Below, one piece after another: positions 1-14,108 of a stretch of 64,000 nucleotides of DNA. This DNA comes from Laetmonice hystrix (lineage: Eukaryota), in NCBI GenBank assembly GCA_965235115.1, contig OZ249436.1, positions 21,082,001 to 21,146,000 of the forward strand, given 5' to 3'. The translations under genes and the position numbers were made by a program. Every line of letters starts with the position of its first letter. Within the stretch, counting starts at the first letter, position 1. Under the pieces are notes generated by a model that made no database searches, had not been told where the DNA came from, and saw only the letters and a program-made list of their open reading frames with translations.

Positions 1-199
1 TATCTCACGATAGTTTCCCAGTTGTATAGTATACTTGATTTATGCTTAGACTGTCACAGAGAATCAGGACTCAGAAGCTTGGGTCAAAATACTGTGTAAT
101 GTATTGTGAGCTATTCCAGCGACCGATTGCACCTGAGGAATCAAGTTCTGGGACTAGAGTGTCTCAGGACACTTGTTATTATCATTTGTATCGAGATGA

Positions 200-540
200 A
201 AGTAACTAAAAATTCAGAGTACTAAAAAAATGGGAACTGATCCTGGAGACTTGGTCCAAGTCCTACACCGTTCGAAGATCTAGCGTCTGGAGAACACACG
301 ATAGCCCATTGAGAGTCAACTGATTTGGAACCTTGCCGCAGATTGAGCCCACTGACGGGGTACGGGTTGTATTGCTACATCCCTTTAGAAGAGTTGTGTC
401 ACACTTATCGCCGAGTTACACCCTCACCTCTCCAAGTGGACACATACCAACCGAGCCGAACTCTTCGTACTGTCAGGTTTTCAACAGCGTCTGTTTCCAG
501 ACTACGACCGAACGTGGAGACCGGCGCCTCGCTGTTCCCT
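200..540 (+). repeat. Dispersed direct repeat; second copy at ~2960-3275
   Basis: Shared blocks such as cacacgatagcccattgagagtcaactg, actgacggggtacgggtt and ctcttcgtactgtcaggttttcaacagcgtctgtttccagactacgaccgaacgtggagacc. Confidence 0.85.
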
Positions 541-1352
541 ACATTACTACAGTGGTGGTAATTGCTTTATATATCCCCCTCCAGGTCGAGGACCACAGAA
601 AGGGTGTGGACATACCCTCAACGTTATGCTAGGATAAAAACAGAGTTCCGGAAACATTAGAAGTATTCAAGTACTACAAGTCTTAGGTAAAGATTAAAAG
701 CAAATTTTGATAGACATTTTACATCTGTAAAATTTGTTTTAGTGAACATAAACAGATACATTTGTGTATTTTGAAAACTACCCAGCAAAATTGCGACGTG
801 AGCGCCCTCTCTAATCACGTGAGCATGTCTTGATACCTATTTGATATGCAAATAAGAGTGCCAGTCGCAGGGACAGACTATTATTAGACGCTCTATTGTT
901 TGGGTCTGTTGTTTTGCGACTCACTGACGTGTGAAGAAATGTTAGTAGCCTTTGCCTGCATGAAACATCGAGCAGGCCTATGTGGATCTATACGTATATT
1001 TAGCCATGAGGTGTGAAGCTTGCTTTTAGGAAAGTATGGGTGCGGTGAAATACCTGCAACCACCTGCAACGCCATGCTACAGGGTCGGGTACATACTCTC
1101 CCACCGAAAGAAAAGTTCATTTCCCTACATTCTGTGAACACCAATGTACAATTTCCTGGTGTCGAACTATATGGCCGTAGCCCGCGGGGGGGGGGGGCAA
1201 GGGGGGCAACTGCCCCCTGGGATTTCCATTTTTTGTAACCCAGACTCCCAGCTCGACCGGCGCAATAACGCGCTGTCACGCGTTAGGCCTATCTGGTAAT
1301 GTTCACAGGACACTGCCCCATGGGATTTTTGGGCAGGCTACGGCCCTGTATG

Positions 1353-1512
1353 CAGTGGCGGATCGGGGTGGGGGGCTTTGGGGGCTTAAGCCCCCACCCA
1401 GCTGATTCAAGGGTTATCATTTTGCAGTGTGTCTACGGCGCACCTAAGAGGTTTTACACATGCATCAGCCCCCCCCCCCCCTTCGCCCTGCAAAATTCTG
1501 GATCCGCCCCTG
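1353..1512. mobile_element. Non-autonomous DNA transposon (MITE) with CAG(T/G)GGCGGATC termini
   Basis: cagtggcggatc ... ggatccgcccctg; flanks gtatg/ttatg. Related termini at 9108-9343, 12591-12786, 17284 and 57226-57238. Confidence 0.6.
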
Positions 1513-4274
1513 TTATGTGTGTGACCACGGCCATGTTAGGGCCAGGCCCTGGATCCTTACCAGTTCAGAGAGCGTGTCACTCCAGAATAATGATTGATGA
1601 CATGAAATGATGACAGGTCCTATCAAATATGTAGAAAGTACACGGAATAATACACTAATACAAAACCCAATCCATTGAGATGAACATTTAATATTTATGT
1701 TTCTGTTTTCAGACAGGACTGGGCTGGGCTTTTACCAACCTAATGGGTGGCATGAAAAGGGTTTGAATCATTCATTCTGCTTTTATCACACCCGTTTTAT
1801 TGAACTGTATACCACTTGGTAAGAATCTTTTCTATAGCCTTGCGGTGGAAATGTGTCCGTTCGGTATACCGTCAGAGAATAATGCGAATAGTTCAGAGAA
1901 TCATGTTTCAAACCCATGTCAGGGCTGTTAGCTGAAAACGCTCTCTGAATGATACTATAAAGATGAATAATGATGACATTAGGATTGACGTGTAGGGACC
2001 GATTTATCGTGATATTATCAACTATTATCTCATCCGCAAACACAATCACACACCCAAATACCCCCGCCGTCCTCCCGTGGATACGTGCCTGTGTTAACAA
2101 CCTCTTAGATCGTGTTCGATGCCCGTTCACTGCCTTCATCGTTTCGCTGTAATGAATCGGCAACGAGAAGCGCCAATATAAGCTCCCGGAGACTTAAAAT
2201 GGCGGGCGGAGATCGATTTGCCGCCCTGTTTGTAATTTAGTGAAATTGGAGCCGGTTGAGAAGATTTGTGATAAGCGAGATGTTCAGGTGATAGGCGCCC
2301 TCGTATCGTGTTGACGAGAACGACATGCTCCCTCACTGAATGTCGTTGGCGTCGGCAGGTGGCCGACATTGTTGTCTAAGGTTGTCAACTTCATCTTTAG
2401 GGGATGCGCGGTATGGCAATCACCGTCAGTGAGATGTGTGTACAATTCGAGAAACTTAGAAACTCATGTGACACTTGTGCTCATCTAGTTCCAGATGTAG
2501 AACCTCAAAGTACCTGAAACTAAGCGGTTCCAAGCAGATTGTCATCAAAGCAATCTCGGAGCTGTCCAATATACCAATGTAATAATTAAACGAACTGAGT
2601 GACACCTTAATAAATAATGGCAGCAAGACAATTAGGCCGACTGAATTCGTTGGTGACCTTATACTCATGGGAAATCGCAATGGTATCAAGACTTCCTCCG
2701 GCCCCCTTGGGGATCAGGGGTAAGAATGTCCGCAAACAGGAGCTAGATGTGTCCGGAGAAATATTCATATGTCCGTAAATACCAGCTAGATGTAAACTGC
2801 CGGTCTCGCTCAGCCTTGGCATATCCATTTTAATATATCGCTGAAACTAGAAGAAAAAGAATTTTTGGAAAGTTGACATCGTTTTGGTGATAGGCCACAT
2901 CATTTCGGCTCATTCAGCCCCTTCTAGATCCTGATGAATGGGAGGCAAAAGCAAGAAAAATTGAGAACAACTAAAAAATCAGGGATTGGTCTGACTCTTC
3001 AGGGTCCAAGTCCTAACGTTCGTATCTGGCGTCTGGAGACACACGATAGCCCATTGAGAGTCAACTGGTTTGGAACCTTGCCGCAGATTGATCACACTGA
3101 CGGGGTACGGGTTCTATTTCTAGATCCCTTTTAGAAGAGTTGTCCACGGATCTTCGAGTTACACCCTCACCTCTCCCTCGTGGACACCAACCGAGCCGAC
3201 CTCTTCGTACTGTCAGGTTTTCAACAGCGTCTGTTTCCAGACTACGACCGAACGTGGAGACCTGAGTCTCGCCTTTCCTAGACAGTTGTTTTTGGTCGGG
3301 TACCACAGAACAGGTGTGACAGACACAGGACAGTGGTTGGTCACGATATTAAACTATATCTCAGCGAAATCACAAATCTTGAGGTAGTGCACGTTGTAGG
3401 TAAACATTTAAGCACACTTTTAAAAATGCATTTTGTCTTGATTCTTAACATTTGGTTTAGTGAAAATCAAAGAAACTTGTATACATCCAGGCAACAACCG
3501 CCCATGCCAACGTCCTATAGACGAAGGTGACACCAAGCGTCAATAGAGGTTATGCATGCAGTGACGTCATTTGGAGGGAAACAGCATGGCTATGTTTATG
3601 TTCATGGGCATTGGCGGAGTCGGGTCACGGTTCATTGGCTTCTATTGTCCAGGGCCTACTTATAAATATACCTCGGTTTCTTGTCCCTCCAAAATACGTC
3701 ACCTGCATTACCTCAATATCCACATTGCAGGTATTGGTGGTATCTGTGATGGATGCTGCCATCTGGTGGTCAGTTTTATATAGGCGCAATCTAGAGGATA
3801 ATATGGATATGTCCGCACATGTCAGTTAAATGTGTCCGGTAATCCGGATATGTCCGTAAATATTAGCTAGATGTGTCCGGTACCGGACTTATCTAGCTGC
3901 GGACACATATCTCCTATCGGACATACTAGCCATTCGGACGTATCTAGCCGGAACACACGTCCTTCAAATTACCAAAGTAGAAGGTGATCTTTGTTCATGA
4001 CTGTCTTTAAGCTGTATTTCTCTCTGCACCACAGACATCTCATTCGATTCACAAAATTGTTGCATGCACATGCCATTATAAAATAATTTCAAGAAGTTAT
4101 TGCAAGGAGCCTGTGAATTCTGAAATAAAGTTGGGAAAAGGAAACTCTCAACTAACTCTCAGCGGGGACTGAAGTGCTATGTGTGCGACTCATTAATTTT
4201 ACAAAGTGAAGTTGGCAGCCGTTACAGTGAGTAAATATCCACGCAAGTCATATTGATTGATTCTCGGTGGGCAA

Positions 4275-4763
4275 GGACGAACACGGGACCCTACTGGTGG
4301 GGATGTTCACTGAGAGGGTGGAGGACGAACATGGGGCCTACTGGTGGGGATGTTCACTGAGAGGGTGGAGGACTGGTGGGGATGTTCACTGAGAGGGGGA
4401 GGACGAACATGGGGCCTACTGGTGGGGGTGTTTACTGAGAGGGTAGAGGACTGGTGGGGATGTTCACTGAGAGGGTGGAGGACTGGTGGGGATGTTCACT
4501 GAGAGGGGGAGGACGAACATGGGGCCTACTGGTGGGGGTGTTTACTGAGAGGGTAGAGGACTGGTGGGGATGTTCACTGAGAGGGTGGAGGACTGGTGGG
4601 GGTGTTCACTGAGAGGGTGGAGGACTGGTGGGGGTGTTCACTGAGAGGGTGGAGGACTGGTGTGGATGTTCACTGAGAGGGTGGAGGACTGGTGGGGATG
4701 TTCACTGAGAGGGTGGAGGAGAACATGGGGCCTACTGGTGGGGGTGTTCACTAAGAGGGTGGA
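4275..4763. repeat. G-rich minisatellite (32-bp core, some units with an extra acgaacatggggcct block)
   Basis: Repeated actggtgggg(a/g)tgttcactgagagggtggagg. Confidence 0.9.
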
Positions 4764-5629
4764 ATGCCTCTGTTGTGGCTCCGCTATGGCATCGAGGCTT
4801 TATGGTAAAGTTATAAGAATCACTGCACTGCCATCGCCATAGGCCGGCAACAGTTGGGATCAACATGATAAACCCTGACCAACCAGTGCGCCTTTAACAA
4901 GGGACTGGATGGTAAACTGAAGCAAAGAAGAATAGACCCATACCTTTGTGAAGTGAAAAATTGGGTGATCTTTGCCCTGCAGGTGATTGCTAAGGAGAAC
5001 TTGGTTTTTCATCCTATAAAATCATGGACTGTTTACTTGTTTGTATGGTCGTATATCACTGGCCTAGAAGTAGCGTTCAAAGTCAGCGATCACATAACGG
5101 GAAGGCGTGGAGTCCTGATACCAGGACCGGCTTCGGAGGAAAACAAGAGAGGCTCAAGTCAACGAGCTGAAAGAGCTGCAGATATACTTGGAGGAGGAAG
5201 GAATAAAAAAAAACGAAACCAGACAAAACCAGACAGGGCATTACCTATTGAGCTTCTTAAAATACTAAACTGTATGCTCATTTTTGACGCCGGTGTCGTT
5301 TGCTGTAAGTATACTGGGTAACAATAGGAATGGGTCGTATTCGGTGGGCATTCTTTAGAACTGTGCCACAGATCGACCCACTGCATGCGTGGAATGGCAA
5401 GTATTGCTGCATCCATAAGATCAATGTCACACTTTTCTCGTCGTACTATAAATGTGTGACCATCAACACGTGTTGGTAGACTCTCTCGTTTTCCCCTATT
5501 CTGTTTGCCACGGAGACCTGCCGTACAACGATCATTTTTTTAAAACGAAGTCCCGAGGTGGACGGGATGCCCCGCTATATGAACTCAGCGCGTTATGGTA
5601 CAGTTATAAGTGGGGGATATGGTCCGGTC

Positions 5630-6016
5630 CAGGGATATTTTTATGAAATCTCCAAGGGGGGGACATTTGAGATTTTGGACCTTTTCATTTAAAAAAATGG
5701 ACCTTTTTAAAGGGGGTGGTTTAGACCTCCAGATATTTCATAAAAGATCTAAAATTGTGGACCTTTTTTGTAAGCCACTGGGTCAGAGGTCCAGATATTT
5801 TACAAAAGATCGAAAGTTATGGACCTTTCTCTCTGGCGCATGGCTCAGAGGTCCATGATATTTCACAAAGCATCCAAAATTGTGGACCTTTCTTTCCGAC
5901 ATATGTATCTACTCTGTGGACATAGATATGCCTCCCAAATTCTGGCCCTTTTGGGGTTGTCAAAATTCAAGACGGGGGCAATGCCCCCTGCCCACCCCCC
6001 CAAAAAATTATCCCTG
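5630..6016. mobile_element. MITE with CAGGGATA termini and internal ~60-bp repeats
   Basis: cagggatatttttt / aaaaaattatccctg; internal repeated tggacctttt...aggtcca; flanks cggtc/cagtc. Confidence 0.65.
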
Positions 6017-8081
6017 CAGTCAGGCACTTTCAATATGGTATAACTGATTCGTTGTCAACCCCCGTATGACGTTTTTATAGACCACATCCGCTGTATCAAT
6101 GAGAAGCCAGTGATTAGTACCGCATCAAACTTGGACCTCGGGGTCGTCTTCTGGGTGAACTTCATTTTTCCCGCCTTGATCTTGATGTGGCACTATACCG
6201 CGTTTCTTTGACGTTGAAGTGGGAGTAATGGCATCAGTGCGGGTAATGGTAGCGTGGGTCCTCAACCAAAGTGAGCCTCATCACTTGGACATCCTTTCAA
6301 CCTCAGACAACCTCCACCTTCTGTCACCACTCCTGTCTGCTCCAGGGTGGGTACACTCCCAGTGGTCAGCGTCCTAGGCTCGCCCACAAAGGTTCATGAT
6401 TATCCCCTCCATTATAACACGGGCGTTCATCCCAGAAATTCTAGTGTCATTCGCATCGATTTGAATACAGATAGGAAGACACTGAATATACTGCTGCTCG
6501 GCGCACATTACACGACTTGCTAAGACGCGACAGTGGAGTTGTTATTTCTGGCGATTTCCGATTGAACACTGATGTGCGTATACACTACACGATTTCTACG
6601 AGAGACTAAAGCCTGCCGCACATTGTCACGATTTTGTCCGATCCGAGCCGACTCAACTGGAGCCGACTCACGACTGCCATCTCACACCTTCCCGACCAAC
6701 CCTCGCACACTGTCCTGACTTGTGCCGTACAACAGGCGACGATTCACGCCACTAGGTCATGCGAACCTAGCGGGTATTTCGGGAATCAACGTCATGACGC
6801 GTCACATGATCCTGTGGTGTGCTGTGATTGGTTGCGACTGCCGACTGCAGTTGGACTGCAGCCAGCCCACCGACGCGATCCTGGTGTTGAAATCTTGAAC
6901 TACATAAGTGCGCGCACGTCACAACGGTCACCATCACAGATCGTACTTGACATGATGCGATTTCAAAGAAATAAGTCACCACCTTTATACACTTGCCCTT
7001 AGGCCTATTGGTGCATTTATGACGCCCAAGACTGCGCATGAAACATCCCTGGAAGGGGAGACAATAGGAAACACCCCACGTGCGCCTACAGGCAGAATTT
7101 CACATATTGGGGGAACGAAGATTTTTACATATATACGGGCAGAAATTGTACACATTTTTTACAACTTTTACATATACGGGTCGTACAGTTTTGTTCCACA
7201 CCATCGTCCCTTAGATGCAGCGTGATCCTGAAAAACTGCCAATCGCCGATTATTCTGTCGCGCCGTAAATTCGACCTGTGGCAACCAGGAACGCCACCTC
7301 ATTGGTTGAGTGGGGGTGGGGGGAATGAATGGAAAAAAGAATGATAAAACAAATAGTAAGGGTTGAGTTCCGAGTTAATATGTCAAATGTTAGCATTCCA
7401 TTGTTTGATATTCGGCATCTATTCAGGTTGCTTGGCAACCTTTATTCATAGAAACATGATCTCCTCGATCGCTGTACAGATTGCTTCCTGAAGGTGCACC
7501 AGGTTTCTTTCGCAGATTTTAACACTGGTATTTTCATACCGCACTGCTTATAATATAATAATATTAAGACTATAGTTACACAAATTATGGGTTCCTACTG
7601 ATTTAGATTATAACGTAGGCTACGGAAGTGTGGGGGATGGGGCACTGTCCCCTCCCAATAAAATTATTGGGAAGACTGCCCCCTAATAATCCTGTGGCTT
7701 TTGTAGATTTTTATGCCATATTATTAATTATTCCTAGCTCTGGGTTTACATTTATATGATTCAACTATGGTCCACTATACCTCAAGAAAATACCTCACCC
7801 ATATTACCTCAAGCAAAATCCCCCTCCCCCCATATAATTATCTGTTCCGGCGCTACTGGTTAAGCTAAGTGAGATACAATTAGGACATTCCAAGGTGCAC
7901 CAGCCCCGCCCCCTCCCCCCACCCCCACCCCACCCCTCCGCTGGATCCGCCATTGTTTATGGCTTAGTTTGAGGCAATCCGACCTGGGGGTCGGGTTATT
8001 TCCGGCCCCACCCCACTCCGACCCCTTCCGCCTCGAGAGGCTATGAATGGCGGTGAAAAGGGTAGGGTGATTGCCCCTTAA

Positions 8082-8271
8082 GGTGCTTTCACATGCTGCA
8101 CACGGTGGGCGGCGTGCGCCATGCGGTGTGCGTTTTACAAAAATGGAACAAAAAAATAGATATAATCGTTCACATGCCCACGGTTTGCGGCATGCGGCGA
8201 TTTTCATTTGTTACATTATTTGCCGCTTGCCGCACGCCGCACGCCGCACGCCGTATGCATGTGAAAGCACC
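8082..8271. mobile_element. MITE with perfect 15-bp TIRs (PIF/Harbinger-like ends), just upstream of the SDR gene
   Basis: ggtgctttcacatgc (8082-8096) / gcatgtgaaagcacc (8257-8271), with sub-terminal gcggc/gccgc inverted motifs. Confidence 0.75.
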
Positions 8272-8694
8272 CATTTCTTTCGCTATCCGTTTATTTTTAG
8301 TCTATAAGACATCAGTGACGCGGCTATGTTTAGGCCGGGTTTAGATGGACGAGAGGTGACCTGTTAAACTTGTGTCTCCGCTCAACGTATACTGTTCCCG
8401 CATTAACAACAAGTAGGTTACCGTACCAAAGTGCTGTAATAATTCTTCCTTGACATTGCCCAGGGCTGCGAGGTGTCCATATATTCCAATCAGCACCCGC
8501 TGCGAGATGCAGAACGCTATGCCAGTCTGCGGACTGGTCGTTGCGTGAGGCCAACACGTGAGTCATACCTGTCTCACCTGTATATTTTTTACCTGTTGCA
8601 GCAGAAGAAGCGGTCTCACGGACCCATCCAGATCTGTGGAGATCTACGGCTGCTGTGTTTACCAACCCGACTTTGTCGTCCAACACTGAAGACC

Positions 8695-11600
8695 ATGTTT
8701 TTGTACACACTCTTGTGTGGTATCCTTTATGTGGTCTACTGCGTAGTAGATTGGTGGCGGCGTCGGGAATTCGTCGGTGGAATTTCAAAAAAAGGCGTTT
8801 TCATCACAGGTTGCGACACGGGCTTCGGAGCAGCCTTAGCAAAGCGGCTTGATGCCATGGGATGTCCGGTGTACGCTGGTTGTTTGACGACGGAAGGCGC
8901 CGAGCGGCTGACAACTGAGGCTTCGTCTCGACTTGTATCTCTCGTGGTTGATGTCCGCAGCACGGCCAGCATTATCCAGGCCTTTGATTCCGTCCGAAGC
9001 CACATAAAAAGGGAGAATACTGGTGCGCCATTCACTGGTTCTCTCTGCTATAAATGAGTCCCTGGAGAGTATAAATTTTTCGTGTAGAGATATATTGTAT
9101 AGGCATACCAGTGGCGGATCCAGGGTAGGGGGTGCTGGGGTGCGCAGCCCATCCCTCACTCCGTGTTTTTTTTTTTATTTTCACGAAAGATTTTTACCAT
9201 TTAAATGTCTAACTATTATAGGCCTATTATAGGCCTAAAGGCTGGTCTACAACACGTATTTGGCAATGTAATTTTTATTTTTTTTTCTGGGGGGGGGGGG
9301 GCTCATGGCTTCGTGCCTTTCCCAAATTCATGGATCCGCCTCTGAATGCCCCCACACTCGAAAATTTCTAGCTACGGCCAAGTTGATATGTGCATGTCCG
9401 TCTATGCCACTTTTATTTGACTGTGTAGGCTACTCACTGGGTGGGGGGGGGGGGCGGTTTGCCCGTCCGCCTGTCTTGAACCTGCCTGCTTCGTAGTATG
9501 AACTGCACAGAAAGGGACAACACGGTGCACAGTGAGCGAATTAGCGTTAGTATAAATCTCCGAAGGGATTATTAACGTGAAGGATTATAATTATTTTAAC
9601 CCCAATTATTGACACCAGAGGGTGCAATATACCATGTTAGCAGAAACTGGGGATTTAACCCAGCCTAATACTTTGATACCGCTTATATTAAGATCAGTCC
9701 CACTTATCATGATTATGTTGGGACCAGAATACTGAATCAGAACAGAGGACGACTTCCTTGTCTAGAGATTAAGTGTAGAGTTTCGCCCCAGATCCACAAA
9801 ATGGTCCATATAAAATATGTTAGGAAACTTGTATATCAAAGTCATGATTGTTTACATGATCCCCATAGCTAACTGTGACTCCAATCATTGAAGGACAACC
9901 AATGTCTACATCCGGAGAAGTAATTTGTGTGTCACCTGCGCCTTACTTCAGACAATACTTGTTCCACGATATTAATTTCCGTTTCATCAGTTTGTTAGGG
10001 TACTTCACAACATGTAATTATCCGAGATTTCTTTCTTTCTTTCACTGGTTACCGATACAGTCCTCTGGGGTGTCGTCAACAACGCCGGGGTGAATCGGGC
10101 GAACGGTCCGGCTGAGTTCTTCACTCGGGAGGACTACCAGTCAGTGTTTGAAGTAAACCTGTTCGGTCTGGCCGAGGTGACCCGAACCTTCCTTCCCTTA
10201 CTCAAGGAGAGTCAGGGCCGCCTTGTCAATGTGTCCAGTTATGTGGGATTTATGGCAATCCCCTCGCTTCCTACGCTGTCCGCCTCCAAGTTCGCCATCG
10301 AGGGCCTCACCGACGTCCTCAGGTAACCCCACTTCGACCTATATAATATAAGGCCTATTTACAGTCATATTTACGATTTTACGATTGGTTCAGTTCACAA
10401 GAAATGATATATTTGTTTTTATTTAAATTTCCCTTTATCTTCGCAAACATCATTAATACGCTGTTAACTGGCCCAGCAATACTGTTGCAACCTGTTATGT
10501 GGTGTGCAGAGTATCAACAAGGAAAAAAGGCAATCATTGACTTTTGTTTGACTCTTGATTCTTCTTCTTCTTCTTCTTCTTCTTCTTTTTTTCTATTTTC
10601 TTGTCTTCTTTCTTGTTAATAATAGACTACATGACTGGTTTCTTGCAGGCGGGAGTTAAGTATCTGGGGGGTCCGTGTGCTCCTGTTGGAACCTGGCGGA
10701 TACCGCACACAAATGGTCGATCCGAAGCGCATGGTGAACGACGCTGACGACATCTGGCGGCGACTTCCGGAACCACTGCGAGAATCTTACGGAGATGAGT
10801 TTCACAACGACAGTAAGTTTGTTATGATGGTTCGATCTGAGCCCCAATAACTGGAGTCAAGTCGTAGGTTGTGTCAGAGCAACGCACAGTTTAACTTAAA
10901 GTGTATCCGACTGAAGCGTTCTTCATCACTTGCTGCCAGGCCCGTAATTTCCATCAAATTATTGAGGGGGCTATTGAATTATTGAGGGGGCTCGACGAAC
11001 AGATCCAAGGTTCTCCCTGGTAAAGTAGGATAATTATTAGGCAACACTGAAAATATTGGGGGGGGGGCTTAAGCGCCCTAGCCCCCCCCCCCCCCCCTAA
11101 ATTACGGCCCTGCTTGCTGCTGTATTATGCATCATGTCGAAGAGTTTCAGAGTGAAGCCATATTATAAACAGGAATAAAGTTAGACCAAAACTTCCTCAG
11201 GTATACTTAGATATCTACCTTTAACCCCCAGGGACACCATGTTAAGATTTCAGGGTCGAGCAATAAGCGAAAGTATGTCAAAAGTGGAATGGTGACAAAT
11301 GTCTCCGTTGGTTTCCACGCCGATTTGGCTGCCATGTGATCTATAGTTGTCGAACCTTTCATGTATCTGCGAAGGAATCATCGATGTAACTGATTCTGTG
11401 ATGCTGTCAACAGTTGTGGCATCCTTCCCACCACTTGTTGCTATCATTACGTTTTACTTCTTTGTTCTCAGTTTTAAATTTTTCTAAAAAGTTTTCAGCT
11501 GTGCTTCATCTCGATGGTGTACATTTGGTTCCGAGTCGTGTGACCAAGTTGTCATTGTAAACCACTGGAAACGATTCCGTGTTGCAGCGATCTCCTGGAA

Positions 11601-12039
11601 TGACTTTGAGTTGTAGCTAACTACGGGAAAGGAGGTGCTGCAGTTAACTACAATGGGTTCTCAAAGATTGCACGCAATCTGGCCACCTTTAGTTATAATG
11701 CAACATGTGGTTCGTTCCTCGTATGATTGAATGTAAAATTTACAACCTTTAGTCCTGCCTACTTGAATTACTCGAGTCTGTTACATTTTATCGTGTTTCC
11801 CCCATACAGACATTAACTTCATCGCCAAGGTCGCTCAAGGTTACACTCAGCCGAATTTTAACGCGGTCGTCGACGCCTACACGCATGCGCTGTTCTCGGT
11901 GAATCCTAACATCCGGTACCGCCCGGGACTCGACTCGAAGATCATGAAGTTACTCTCCTACTTACCGGCCACACTGGTCGACTGGTGTATGGAAAAGTTT
12001 GTCCCTTACCCCCTGCCCAAGGTTCTTCGCAGCGGATAG
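8695..12039 (+). CDS. Membrane-anchored short-chain dehydrogenase/reductase, SDR9C-like (retinol dehydrogenase / 17-beta-HSD6 / BDH1-like), 4 exons, ~327 aa
   Basis: Exons 8695-9022, 10061-10322, 10649-10812 and 11810-12039, all with GT-AG boundaries and compatible phases (984 nt). Hydrophobic N-terminus, Rossmann motif VFITGCDTGFG, LWGVVNNAG, VNLFG, GRLVNVSS, RRELSIWGVRVLLLEPGGYRT, VVDAYTHALFS..P..RYRPG. The catalytic YxxxK position reads LSASK. Confidence 0.92.
10937..11112. mobile_element. hAT-type MITE in SDR intron 3
   Basis: 14-bp TIRs caggcccgtaattt / aaattacggccctg (1 mismatch) and a perfect 8-bp target-site duplication cttgctgc (10929-10936 and 11113-11120). Confidence 0.9.
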
Positions 12040-13353
12040 GCAGTCTTTGCTGCACTCTGAGTGGTAAGGAATATCACCATCAAGAACCCCCCCCCCCCCC
12101 TTAAAATATACATGCTTCCGTAATGTGATTAGTCGAGTGTGATGTCAAAAGCCAAATTTTCTGTGGGCGAAGAGGGGGCGGGGTTAGGCCCTGTTCCAAG
12201 AGTATTTTATGTTAGCGGTAGAATAGACAGAATGCCCGTTTCTTTGGTGGAGGAGGGGCCCCTGAGGCCCTCCGCTTCCGAATGGTCGACATATGGTCGA
12301 TATAATATACTGACTCAATATTATAAGATCATTATAAGATTGAGAATATTATTCTCAATTTGATAGATAGACCCTATTATATAGACCGATGGATTACGTC
12401 TACTACATATATACATTGTGTATAGCCTAGATATCAACGTCCTGCAGTGTTACAGGTCTGCCTTACTTGGTGTGTATAGTATTACAATGTGTTCTCTGAC
12501 TTTTGTCTTGTTCAATTATGGATTAATGATAAGATAATGATGTGATACAGTGAGGGTAATCTAAACGGGCTATCGAAACTATAGTCGCCTCAGGGCCGGA
12601 TCTAGGGCTGTTTTCAAGGGAGGGTTGCAGAAATTATTATTTTATGAAATATATAGGTCACTAATCGTTTAAGATTCCAGATTCCCACTGTGGTTCTTTG
12701 AAGACAGACATTAAAAGACAAGTTTGGTTTTCTTTTCTTTCTTTTTTTTCTTTCTAAGGGGGTTGCACCCTCTGGATCCGGCCCTGGACCTAGTCGTCAA
12801 AATATTGTCCAGGAAAAACGTGGTACGCACCCTTCAGTACTCTATGAATAATGTGTCGGTCAATGTCGTAAATGTAGCAAGAGTTGTTTCGGTGAGCACG
12901 TGCTGGTTGTGGTAAACAATAAACGGATAATATAATTCTAGGCTTGAATGTTTGTCTGTATGGGTAATGAAGCCTTTACAGTAACTTTTTCGAACTCGCC
13001 ATTTTTCATAAACTGCGCTACGAATCGTATCAAACTTGCCACATACAAAGATTATGTTCTAAAGCTAGTGTAAAGTTCGAGTAAATGGCACGCGTGTTAA
13101 TGGGTACGGGGTCCGGGGAGGGCCGGACAGAGTGGAGCGCACTTCTCAACTATAATCGCGATTGCACAAGAACTCGTTTCTGTCTGGCTTATCTATCCTA
13201 AATAACTTCCTCAAAATGCCAAGGCTCAGTGGCCAGCGGCCTATTTTTGATCTGTCAGGCATGCAGGCAGTTTTACCCATGGACCACGGACAGAGGCGGC
13301 AGTGGGCTGTGTTTCTGGGTGTGGGTGTGGTTGGAAGGCACCCACACACCTGC

Positions 13354-14108
13354 ATCTCAGCCAGTAACGATCGATCCCAGATCTCAGCCGGTAACGATCG
13401 ATCCCAGATCTCAGCCGGTAACGATCGATCCCAGATCTCAGCCGGTAACGATCGATCCCAGATCTCAGCCGGTAACGATCGATCCCAGATCTCAGCCGGT
13501 AACGATCGATCCCAGATCTCAGCCGGTAACGATCGATCCCAGATCTCAGCCGGCAACGATCGATCCCAGATCTCAGCCGGTAACGATCGATCCCAGATCT
13601 CAGCCGGTAACGATCGATCCCAGATCTCAGCCGGCAACGATCGATCCCAGATCTCAGCCGGTAACGATCGATCCCAGATCTCAGCCGGCAACGATCGATC
13701 CCAGATCTCAGCCGGTAACGATCGATCCCAGATCTCAGCCGGTAACGATCGATCCCAGATCTCAGCCGGCAACGATCGATCCCAGATCTCAGCCGGCAAC
13801 GATCGATCCCAGATCTCAGCCGGTAACGATCGATCCCAGATCTCAGCCGGCAACGATCGATCCCAGATCTCAGCCGGTAACGATCGATCCCAGATCTCAT
13901 CCGGCAACGATCGATCCCAGATCTCAGCCGGTAACGATCGATCCCAGATCTCAGCCGGCAACGATCGATCCCAGATCTCAGCCGGCAACGATCGATCCCA
14001 GATCTCAGCCGGCAACGATCGATCCCAGATCTCAGCCGGTAACGATCGATCCCAGATCTCAGCCGGCAACGATCGATCCCAGATCTCAGCCGGCAACGAT
14101 CGATCCCG
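13354..14108. repeat. 27-bp minisatellite, ~28 copies
   Basis: Unit gatctcagccgg(t/c)aacgatcgatccca; almost invariant apart from one T/C site. Confidence 0.97.

Noticed and set aside
6060..6420. Possible retrotransposon coding remnant on the minus strand
   Set aside because: No continuous frame or recognisable motif; a BLASTX search would be needed.
8473..8694. N-terminal extension of the SDR ORF in the ORF track
   Set aside because: It starts at a non-ATG codon; the first ATG (8695, accATG) gives a typical SDR9C N-terminus.
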